The notes under the pieces were generated by a model that saw nothing but the letters and a program-made list of their open reading frames with translations, did no database searches and was not told the origin of the DNA. The translations under genes were made by a program, and so were the position numbers. Of a stretch of 34,558 nt of DNA, positions 19,676 to 27,263 are shown one piece after another. Origin of the DNA: Candidatus Dadabacteria bacterium (GTDB lineage: Bacteria; Desulfobacterota_D; UBA1144; Nemesobacterales; UBA2774); assembly GCA_020027805.1 (NCBI GenBank), contig JAHKKQ010000010.1:1-34558 (forward strand), given 5' to 3'. The first letter of the stretch is position 1. Every line of letters begins with the position of its first letter.

Positions 19676-20290
19676 ATGAAAGCCTCAATAAAATCATTCA
19701 TAGTGCCGGTGCTCCTCTCGGGCGGGTGGGGGGCGGTAACGCTGCTCCTGGGCTATGTCTTTCTGAATAACGTCCCGCTCGGGTACATGTTCTTCTATCC
19801 TATGCTCCTCACGGGGGTAGCAGTCGCTGCGAGCGCCGGTAGGCCGGGGGGCATGTCGTACGCGCGGGCTGGGATAACGGGGCTTGTATCGGGGTTCATA
19901 TACCTCCTGGTCTCGCCCATGTTCCCTGTCTTCGCATCCATACTCGTGGGGGCGTGTCTCGGCGGAGGTCTCTCTCCCGGAGGGGGCAGGTTCGGGGGTC
20001 TTCTCAACGGGACCATCTCGACTCTCAAGGGTATGATAATCATTCCTCTGGTAATAACGTCGGGCGAGTTCCTTGGCGCCGCGATAATGATTTTTCTCGG
20101 CTCTCTGTTGCTGGCGGCGGTCTTCTGGGGCGCGTGGCTCGGTATGGGCGTGTGTCTTATCCGTTTTCCTTTGTTCGGAAAGAAACGCGGGGACGAAGAT
20201 CACCGGCTGATATCCGGGCTCGAAGAGTTCAGATCGGAGTCGAGGGAGATAGCGAGGGACCTCGGGGAGTTTAATGAGAAGGCCGGTTGA
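19676..20290 (+). CDS. Gly-rich multi-pass membrane protein, hypothetical
   Basis: AAGGAG RBS before ATG 19676; about 6 hydrophobic segments, charged C-terminal tail. Confidence 0.8.
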   Translation: MKASIKSFIVPVLLSGGWGAVTLLLGYVFLNNVPLGYMFFYPMLLTGVAVAASAGRPGGMSYARAGITGLVSGFIYLLVSPMFPVFASILVGACLGGGLSPGGGRFGGLLNGTISTLKGMIIIPLVITSGEFLGAAIMIFLGSLLLAAVFWGAWLGMGVCLIRFPLFGKKRGDEDHRLISGLEEFRSESREIARDLGEFNEKAG

Positions 20291-20448
20291 GCGATCCCGA
20301 CCGGGGCTGATTAAAAGCGGTCTGGAAACCGCATTTTGACCCAATCAACTACTCAATATCCCCCGCCGTTTTTATGGCGAAATTAATGTGTTACTAAAGG
20401 TATTCCATATATCCTCGAATTGCTGTAAAATAAGTAAAATAGAGGAGG

Positions 20449-21183
20449 ATGACCGGAATGAGGCACTTCACCCTTATTACACTGCTAATCTTTTCAATGG
20501 CTCTGGTTTATGGGATTACCGGCTCGCCTTATTGTGAAGCGGCCGATACCCGCACTCAATCGGACGCAGTCAGTCCTGACCAGGTTGAGACAATGGACGG
20601 CGCGCTCGAAGTGAAGGAGGAAGACATCGAGCCCGAACCCCAGCGCCTGTACTGCGCCGCGCAGTGGACAATGCTCTATAAGGGGCAAAAGGCGGACATC
20701 GAGGTCACGACGCGGGGGCAGTACAACGAGATCGCGGTATTCAGCTGCCCTGACTGCAGCCTCGACGAGCATTACGTAAAACCGTTCCTCGAGACCGAGT
20801 ACAGGGGCAAGACCGGGCTCACGAGGCTCCACGAATGCGGCTTCACGCAGGCTGTGTTCAAGGGGATGAGGGGGACGGAGGCGATAGTAGTCGACGTGCC
20901 GCGTGTATTCCCCGACCCGAACAGGCTCGTATGCATTGACGACTGGAGTAAGGACTACCAAAAGAATTATCCGACAATACAGATTTCATCGAGGGGCGAG
21001 CTTGACGAGGTAATCGTTTTCTCCTGCCTGAACTGCCCGTTTCAGAAGTCCTTCATCGCGCCCTTCCTGCTCACCGTATCCGACGGCAGGACGGCCATGG
21101 AGCGGATGAAGCAGTGCGGCTTCACCGAGATAGTGTTTACGAACCCCATGGGCACGAGGGAAGTCGTGAGGGAAGTGCGCTAG
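20449..21183 (+). CDS. Exported hypothetical protein with two ~93-aa Cys-containing repeats
   Basis: Signal peptide; RL.C...W, RG...E..VFSC..C, PFL and CGFT each occur twice. Confidence 0.82.
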   Translation: MTGMRHFTLITLLIFSMALVYGITGSPYCEAADTRTQSDAVSPDQVETMDGALEVKEEDIEPEPQRLYCAAQWTMLYKGQKADIEVTTRGQYNEIAVFSCPDCSLDEHYVKPFLETEYRGKTGLTRLHECGFTQAVFKGMRGTEAIVVDVPRVFPDPNRLVCIDDWSKDYQKNYPTIQISSRGELDEVIVFSCLNCPFQKSFIAPFLLTVSDGRTAMERMKQCGFTEIVFTNPMGTREVVREVR

Positions 21184-21272
21184 GCGGCGCTTGACAAAAA
21201 GCCGATTCAGAATAGCTTGCTCATGCGGCCGGCATACTAGGGCGCGATTCCTGAATCCGAGGAGCATAACCT

Positions 21273-21491
21273 GTGGGCGAGGTCGGAACGTTCCCCTTCG
21301 GCTGGGTGAGGGGAGAGGGCAGCGACAACTGGCAGATTATCTGGGACCCGAAGACGAAGACCGTATTCGCCGAGGGCGCTATATCTAAAAGGGTCCTCCG
21401 GTTGGGGGAGTCCTCCACGTGGGAAGACGCCAAGCGTTTCGCCGACACAGTGATGAGCGAGCCCGGGGGTTATTTTTCCGATCCTGCATGA
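21273..21491 (+). CDS. Small hypothetical protein (GTG start)
   Basis: 72 aa, GAGGAG upstream, host-like codon usage. Confidence 0.6.
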   Translation: MGEVGTFPFGWVRGEGSDNWQIIWDPKTKTVFAEGAISKRVLRLGESSTWEDAKRFADTVMSEPGGYFSDPA

Positions 21492-21584
21492 ACCCCTTCC
21501 GTCGAACTATGTCTCGATCAATTATCGAGCTATTCTCCGAACATAATCTCTGCTAAAATAGAGCCTAACCAGTTTTATGCACCT

Positions 21585-21841
21585 GTCATCGCGAGAGCTG
21601 CTCTGATGAATAAGAAGAGCAGGTCGACATTGGCTGAATACTGTGCACCTATATGCTAAGGCACATAGAAGATTAATACAGAATAAAAGTGGTCGTGACG
21701 ATCTGTATTTTTTTCTTGAGATTGCCGCGGTCGCAAAGTAATTTGGTTTATGTGACTCAGGAACATTGATGAAGGGGCTTATTCGCACTTAGCCGAGGGC
21801 GTCCGATTTCTGCGCACGCTCGAAATCGTCCTCGCAATGAC
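21585..21841. repeat. Inverted GTCAT(C/T)GCGAG REP pair, both copies carrying ~93-95-nt inserts
   Basis: GTCATCGCGAGA-[insert]-GGTCGTGACGATCT (empty form 10078-10112) and GAGATTGCCGCGGTCGC-[21735-21829]-CCTCGCAATGAC. Confidence 0.85.
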
Positions 21842-21907
21842 AGTTTAGGATTTGGTAAGGAGTAACCAAGAAATCGTGGATCTTACTGCGTGTGCACGGA
21901 CGGACGA

Positions 21908-22807
21908 ATGAAATACATGGAGCAGGAGCTCGTTGCCATACCCTCGGGAGGGGGAAAGATCGACGGGCTCTACTACCACAGCACGGTCAAGGACGACAGG
22001 GTGCCGGAGAAGGACGTCGGGATAATACACGTCCACGGGTTCCTGGGTAATTTCCTCGACGGGAGCCAGCGGTTCCTCCCCCCGATACTCGCAGAGGCCG
22101 GGTATTCCTCGCTCGCCATAAACACGCGCATGGCGAACTTCGGGCTTTTCTTCGGCTACGGGATCATCGACGACGTTATGCCTCAGATTGACAGCGCCGT
22201 CGATTACCTCGTCGGGCTCGGGTATAAGAACATCATAATTTCCGGTTACAGCCTCGGCACCTGCATGGTGCTCAGGTACGCCTACCTCAGGAACGACCCC
22301 GAGCGCCACCCGCATATAAAAGGCGTCATGTCGCTCGCCACTCCCTATTCCATGCCCGAATCGATCAGGAAGCGGTGGAACAGGTGGGGGAGCGAGCCCT
22401 CCTACGACGAGGTGTACGAGGAATCGAAAGAGATACTGAAGCCCGACCCCTATAACACTCAGCACGACAGGACGATCCTCATCTATAAAGGCCGCGGGAA
22501 TACGTATCTTCCCTGGCACACGGAGATCTACACGTACAAGACCTGGTGGTTCCTGGCGGGACCCGAGGCCGACACGGCGAAGGCTTACCTCAAGATGGAG
22601 AAGATAAAACTGCCGCTCCTCCTGATCCAGGGATGGTACGACGAGGTCGTCAAGCCCGAAGAGACGCACAGCCTCGCGGATATCGCCTTACAGTCCGGGA
22701 ACCCGGACGTCTCCGCCTTCTACGTGAACGCCGGGCACACGTTCGAGGGCAAAGAGGAAGAGCTCGGGGAGATCATCGTAAGGTGGCTCGACAAGAGATT
22801 CAGGTAA
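21908..22807 (+). CDS. Alpha/beta hydrolase (paralog 1)
   Basis: HVHGF oxyanion motif, GYSLG nucleophile elbow, YDEVV Asp, AGH His. Confidence 0.9.
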   Translation: MKYMEQELVAIPSGGGKIDGLYYHSTVKDDRVPEKDVGIIHVHGFLGNFLDGSQRFLPPILAEAGYSSLAINTRMANFGLFFGYGIIDDVMPQIDSAVDYLVGLGYKNIIISGYSLGTCMVLRYAYLRNDPERHPHIKGVMSLATPYSMPESIRKRWNRWGSEPSYDEVYEESKEILKPDPYNTQHDRTILIYKGRGNTYLPWHTEIYTYKTWWFLAGPEADTAKAYLKMEKIKLPLLLIQGWYDEVVKPEETHSLADIALQSGNPDVSAFYVNAGHTFEGKEEELGEIIVRWLDKRFR

Positions 22808-22825
22808 CGAAGCGGACGGTCGGAC

Positions 22826-23740
22826 ATGGTCCCGAGACAGAGAAAGCTCTACAACTTTAACGCCCCGGACGGTTTCCTTATAAACGCCGTGCTTGTTTCG
22901 GGTGAATTCAAAAATACAAAAGAACTCTATAACTCGCCCATAGTGCTCATCGTACACGGGGTGCTCGGGCATTTCCTGGCGAGGGGGACGCCGAGGCTCC
23001 TGCCGAACGCGCTCGTCGAGCGGGGCATAAGCTCGCTCTCGATCAACACGAGGCTCGCGTTCACGGGGCAGATATTCGGGGGAGGCATTTTCGACGACTC
23101 CGTGCTCGACATAGACGCGGCCGTCGAAGCCCTCGCGGAGGAAGGCTTCAAAAAAATCCACGTCCTCGGCTGGAGCCTCGGGGCGAACATCGCCGTATAT
23201 TACGCCGTCCGCGGCGCCCACAAGAACGTAAAGGGCATCATACTGGAAGGGTGCTCTTCGTCCCTCCCGCTCTCGCACAAGCGGCGGCTCGACAAGTGGG
23301 CCAGCATCCCGTCTTACGAGCACATATACGAGATCGCGAAGAAGGTGCTCAAGCCCGACCCGTCCGAGACTAAGAACGACAGGATATTCGTCGTGTACAG
23401 GGCGTGGGGGCCTTCGTTCGATCCGTCCGACTGCGAGATGTTCTCTTACAGGACGTGGTGGTACATGAGGAGCCCGGAGGCGCAGAACGCGAAGACGAAC
23501 GAGATAATCGCGGGCGTTAAGGTCCCCGTGCTCTTCATACACGGGGAGCATGACGACGTCGTCGCTGCCGACGAGGTCAATGAACTACTTGGCATACTGA
23601 AGAAGGCGGGGAACAGGAAGGCCGAGCTCAGGTTCATTCCCGGAGCGAAGCACGACTGCATGGAGAACCCGTCCTTCACTGTAGATACGGTCGTCGAATG
23701 GATCAATAGATCGGCCAGCGGGCGGAAGAAGAAGGATTGA
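22826..23740 (+). CDS. Alpha/beta hydrolase (paralog 2)
   Basis: IVHGV, GWSLG, HDDVV, AKH; collinear with the upstream gene. Confidence 0.9.
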   Translation: MVPRQRKLYNFNAPDGFLINAVLVSGEFKNTKELYNSPIVLIVHGVLGHFLARGTPRLLPNALVERGISSLSINTRLAFTGQIFGGGIFDDSVLDIDAAVEALAEEGFKKIHVLGWSLGANIAVYYAVRGAHKNVKGIILEGCSSSLPLSHKRRLDKWASIPSYEHIYEIAKKVLKPDPSETKNDRIFVVYRAWGPSFDPSDCEMFSYRTWWYMRSPEAQNAKTNEIIAGVKVPVLFIHGEHDDVVAADEVNELLGILKKAGNRKAELRFIPGAKHDCMENPSFTVDTVVEWINRSASGRKKKD

Positions 23741-23761
23741 GCGGTGTCACCTCTTTTTTCT

Positions 23762-24042
23762 GTCATCGCGAGTAGCGACTTGTCCGGTGTAGCCTTTTAT
23801 CCTCCGAAGCTTTTGCATAGGAGGAATGCGAAGCCGGAAGCTACGTGGCGATCTCATCTTTTTCGTCATCCTGAACCATGTCCCGGACCCGATCCGGGAT
23901 CTATTCAGGATCTCATCTTTTTTATCACCATGCCCGTCCTTCGACAGGCTCGGGACGAACGGAGTGGCGAGTCGCCACGGACATACGAGATGTTGGCAGG
24001 GCCGAGGAGGTTGGGAAGGATCGTATATGAGCGCACATCGTG
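23762..24042. repeat. Mosaic REP array with nested inserts, running into the lhgO start
   Basis: GTCATCGCGAG REP with 60-nt insert; GTCATCCTGAAC REP with inner hairpin (23865-23914); CCTTCGACAGGCTCGGGACGAACGG plus tail. Confidence 0.85.
23779..23838 (-). mobile_element. 60-nt nested palindromic insert (copy 2, different host REP)
   Basis: Removing it restores GAGATCGCCACGTAGCT|TCGCTACTCGCGATGAC on the minus strand. Confidence 0.8.
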
Positions 24043-25238
24043 AGCAGGGATGCGACATTCTCATCGTAGGCGCGGGGATAACGGGGCTCGCCGTAGCGCG
24101 GGAGCTCGTCAGCCGCGGGGCGGGCGATATTCTCGTCATAGAGAAGGAGCAGGGGCTCGGGGCGCACGCGAGCGGGAGGAACAGCGGGGTGCTTCACGCG
24201 GGGATCTACTACTCCCCCGGCACGAACAGGGCAAGGTTCTGCGTCGAGGGGAACCGGCTCATGAAGGAGTATTGCCGGGAGAGGGGCCTCACGCTTAAAG
24301 AAACCGGCAAGGTAATCGTGCCGGACACAGATGAGAAAGAAGAAGCCCTCGACGAGCTCAGGCGGAGGGCCGATTCCTCGGGGGCGAGGTCATATCTCAT
24401 CGGCACGAAAGAGCTCCTCGACATAGAGCCGCACGCAGCGCCCAGAGCCAAGGCCCTCTATTCCCCGGACACGGCGGTCGTCGACCCCGTTCAAATCCTC
24501 GGTGAAATGAAAAGGGAGCTGGAAGAAGGGGGAAGGGTGAGGTTTCTTTTCGGCACCTCTTTCGTTTCGCTCGCGGGTACGGGTACGGCTGTGACGAGCG
24601 CGGGGAATATAAAGTTCGCGAAGCTCGTCAATGCCGCAGGCACTTTCGCCGACAGGGTTGCCGGGGCCTTCGGCATAGGCCGGAACTACAGGGTGCTCCC
24701 GTTCAAGGGTACTTATAAAAAACTGAAAAAGGAGAAATCCTATCTCGTCAGGGGGAACATATACCCCGTCCCCGACCTGAGAAACCCGTTCCTGGGCGTG
24801 CACTTCACGAGGAGCGTCCGGGACGACGTGTACATAGGCCCGACGGCGATCCCCGTGCTCGGCAGGGAGGAATACGGGTTCATGGACGACCTCTCTCTTG
24901 AGTCGCTTTCGATACTATTCCGGGACGGAGTCCTCTTCTTCGCGAACGAAGCCTTCAGGGGCGCCGCCCTTACGGAGATAAGGAAGTATTCCGCGCGGAA
25001 TCTCCTGAAAGAGGCGAGGGGGCTTCTTCCCGGGATCGGCATTGACGACATCGAGGACACGCCCAAGAGCGGCATACGCCCCCAGCTCGTCGACTGGGAT
25101 ACGAAAAAGCTCGTGACCGATTTCGTCGTGATAAAGGACGGCGACTCGATCCATATACTGAACGCCATATCCCCCGCATTCACCTGCTCCATGGCCTTCG
25201 CGGGGTATACGGTCGCTATGCTCCTGGGCCACACATAG
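24027..25238 (+). CDS. lhgO: L-2-hydroxyglutarate oxidase-like FAD-dependent oxidoreductase
   Basis: GAGITG, SGRNSGVLHAGIYY, IYPVPD..PFLGVHFT, GIRPQ, NAISPAFT; start moved to ATG 24027. Confidence 0.88.
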   Translation: MSAHREQGCDILIVGAGITGLAVARELVSRGAGDILVIEKEQGLGAHASGRNSGVLHAGIYYSPGTNRARFCVEGNRLMKEYCRERGLTLKETGKVIVPDTDEKEEALDELRRRADSSGARSYLIGTKELLDIEPHAAPRAKALYSPDTAVVDPVQILGEMKRELEEGGRVRFLFGTSFVSLAGTGTAVTSAGNIKFAKLVNAAGTFADRVAGAFGIGRNYRVLPFKGTYKKLKKEKSYLVRGNIYPVPDLRNPFLGVHFTRSVRDDVYIGPTAIPVLGREEYGFMDDLSLESLSILFRDGVLFFANEAFRGAALTEIRKYSARNLLKEARGLLPGIGIDDIEDTPKSGIRPQLVDWDTKKLVTDFVVIKDGDSIHILNAISPAFTCSMAFAGYTVAMLLGHT

Positions 25239-25283
25239 CATGATTTCACGCTCTCGATCTCACTCCGCAGCAAATCATAAGTC

Positions 25284-25560
25284 GTCATGCTGAACTTGTT
25301 TCAGCATCTCGTCTTTTATTCTTTTCTCCCTCCTTTTGTAAAGGAGGGTGAGGGTGGATTTTGCCCTAACGCATTCCGGTCTATTAATACATTCTTCTAT
25401 TTCTAACATAAACTTGATGCTTCTTAAAACCCATATAAAATTACTAGGGTTCGTGAGGGGATAGTTTAAAAATATCATCCTTCGACAAGCTCAGGACGAA
25501 CGGGAATATATAGCTAAGGTGCCCCCTCACCTTAATCCTCTCCCACGCTGGGGAGAGGAA
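25284..25560. repeat. Four different uninterrupted REP-like palindromes
   Basis: GTCATGCTGAACTTGTTTCAGCATCTC 25284-25310; CCCTCCTTTTGTAAAGGAGGG ~25325-25361; CCTTCGACAAGCTCAGGACGAACGG 25479-25503; CCCCCTCACC..GGGGAGAGG 25522-25560. Confidence 0.8.
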
Positions 25561-25608
25561 ATTGTGTATTGGAGATCCAGAGGAGTTTGGTGCGCTCCGA
25601 GGTAGCTG

Positions 25609-26898
25609 ATGCCCGAATTGAGAATATTACGCACGTACGTCGATGTGCCTGATTCGCATACGATCGGTTCATATATATCCCGCGGCGGCTATACGGCGCT
25701 CCCGAAGGCTCTCGGGATGAAGCCTGAGGAAATAATAGAAGAGGTAAAGAAGGCGGGTCTCAGGGGGAGGGGAGGCGCGGGGTTCCCGACCGGGGTGAAG
25801 TGGGGCTTCATACAGAGGGACTCGAAGAAACCGATATACCTCTGCTGCAACGCCGACGAAAGCGAGCCCGGGAGCTTCAAGGACAGGGAGATACTCGAGC
25901 GCGACCCTCACCAGATGCTGGAAGGGATTATAATCGGCTGCTACACGATAAATTCGCACAAGTCATACATATACATAAGGGGCGAGATGCCCTACGGCGC
26001 CAGTATTATAGAGGGTGCGATCGGGGAGGCCTACGAGAAAGGCTACCTCGGGAAGAACATCCTCGACTCGGGCTTCGATTTGGACGTCGTGCTCTTCAGG
26101 GGCGCGGGCGCGTACATATGCGGGGAGGAGACGGGGCTCCTCGAATCCATAGAAGGGAAGAACGGAGAGCCCAGGCCCAAGCCGCCGTTCCCTGCACAGA
26201 TAGGGCTCTTCGGCTGCCCAACTATAGTAAACAACGTGGAAACGCTCGCGTGCGTCCCTCACATAATCAACCGCGGCTCCGAGTGGTTCTCTTCGATAGG
26301 CATACCCAAGAACACGGGCACAAAGATATACGGCCTCTGCGGCAATATTAACAAGCCGGGTCTCTACGAGCTCCCCCTCGGCATCACTCTCCGCGATCTC
26401 ATCAACGTGTACGGCGAAGGTATACCGGGCGGAAGAACCGTGAAGGCGGTATCTCCCGGAGGCTCTTCCGCGGCCGTCCTCTCGGCGGACGAGCTCGATA
26501 TAACTATGGACTTCGATTCCCTTGCCGCCGCCGGATCGATGCTCGGGACGGCTGGCGTTACAGTGATGGACGATACCACGTGCATGGTGAGGGTCGCCCA
26601 GAACCTGGCCCACTTCTACAGGGACGAGTCCTGCGGGCAGTGCGTCCAGTGCAGGGAAGGCACCTGGTGGCTAGAGAAGATGCTAACGAGCATAGAGGAA
26701 GGGAAGGGGAGGATGGAGCACATAGACACGCTCCTCGACGCGTGCTACCAGATGAGGGGGACGACTATCTGCGCGCTCGCCGACGGGTGCGCGATGCCCA
26801 TCGAATCCATAGTCAAGAAATTCCGCCACGAGTTCGAGGACCACGTACGCCTGGGCGGGTGTCCCTTCGAGAGGAAGACATTAGGGGAGTGGGTGTGA
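25609..26898 (+). CDS. nuoF: NADH-quinone oxidoreductase subunit F (stand-alone copy)
   Basis: GLRGRGGAGFPTG.KW, NADESEPG..KDR, GAGAYICGEET.L..S.EG, ESCGQC..CREG...C Fe-S motif. Confidence 0.95.
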   Translation: MPELRILRTYVDVPDSHTIGSYISRGGYTALPKALGMKPEEIIEEVKKAGLRGRGGAGFPTGVKWGFIQRDSKKPIYLCCNADESEPGSFKDREILERDPHQMLEGIIIGCYTINSHKSYIYIRGEMPYGASIIEGAIGEAYEKGYLGKNILDSGFDLDVVLFRGAGAYICGEETGLLESIEGKNGEPRPKPPFPAQIGLFGCPTIVNNVETLACVPHIINRGSEWFSSIGIPKNTGTKIYGLCGNINKPGLYELPLGITLRDLINVYGEGIPGGRTVKAVSPGGSSAAVLSADELDITMDFDSLAAAGSMLGTAGVTVMDDTTCMVRVAQNLAHFYRDESCGQCVQCREGTWWLEKMLTSIEEGKGRMEHIDTLLDACYQMRGTTICALADGCAMPIESIVKKFRHEFEDHVRLGGCPFERKTLGEWV

Positions 26899-27015
26899 GT
26901 CAAAGCGTGGTGCTGCGGGCGCATTACCGCGCCAGTGCGCGAGCCTTTGCTTCCGGAATATGGCTCTTCTTATAGAACTCTCCCAATCCGGTATTCGCCG
27001 GGGCAGCTTTTCTAT

Positions 27016-27171
27016 TTAAACTGACAGCTCGTCGTCCTTCATGGATTTTCTAAACCCTTTTATCCCCTTGCCGAGGGACGCGCCTAGGTCGCCCAGCCTG
27101 CTTGGGCCGAATATAAGAAGCAGTATTACAAGGATTATTAAAAGCTCGGGCAGCCCGAAATGTCCAAACAT
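27016..27171 (-). CDS. tatA: Twin-arginine translocase TatA/TatE subunit (below ORF-track cutoff)
   Basis: [51 protein letters not shown]; GGAG RBS. Confidence 0.93.
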   Translation of the reverse strand: MFGHFGLPELLIILVILLLIFGPSRLGDLGASLGKGIKGFRKSMKDDELSV

Positions 27172-27263
27172 GTTCTTATCTCTCCACATATAAAGTACAG
27201 ATGTTCCGGGTCAATGTCAATTATGGTCCCTACGGGGCTCCATGCTTAATCCTACCCATTCAT

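Noticed and set aside
26895-26975. 26-codon GTG ORF overlapping the nuoF stop
   Set aside because: No resemblance to NuoG or any motif; too short to support.
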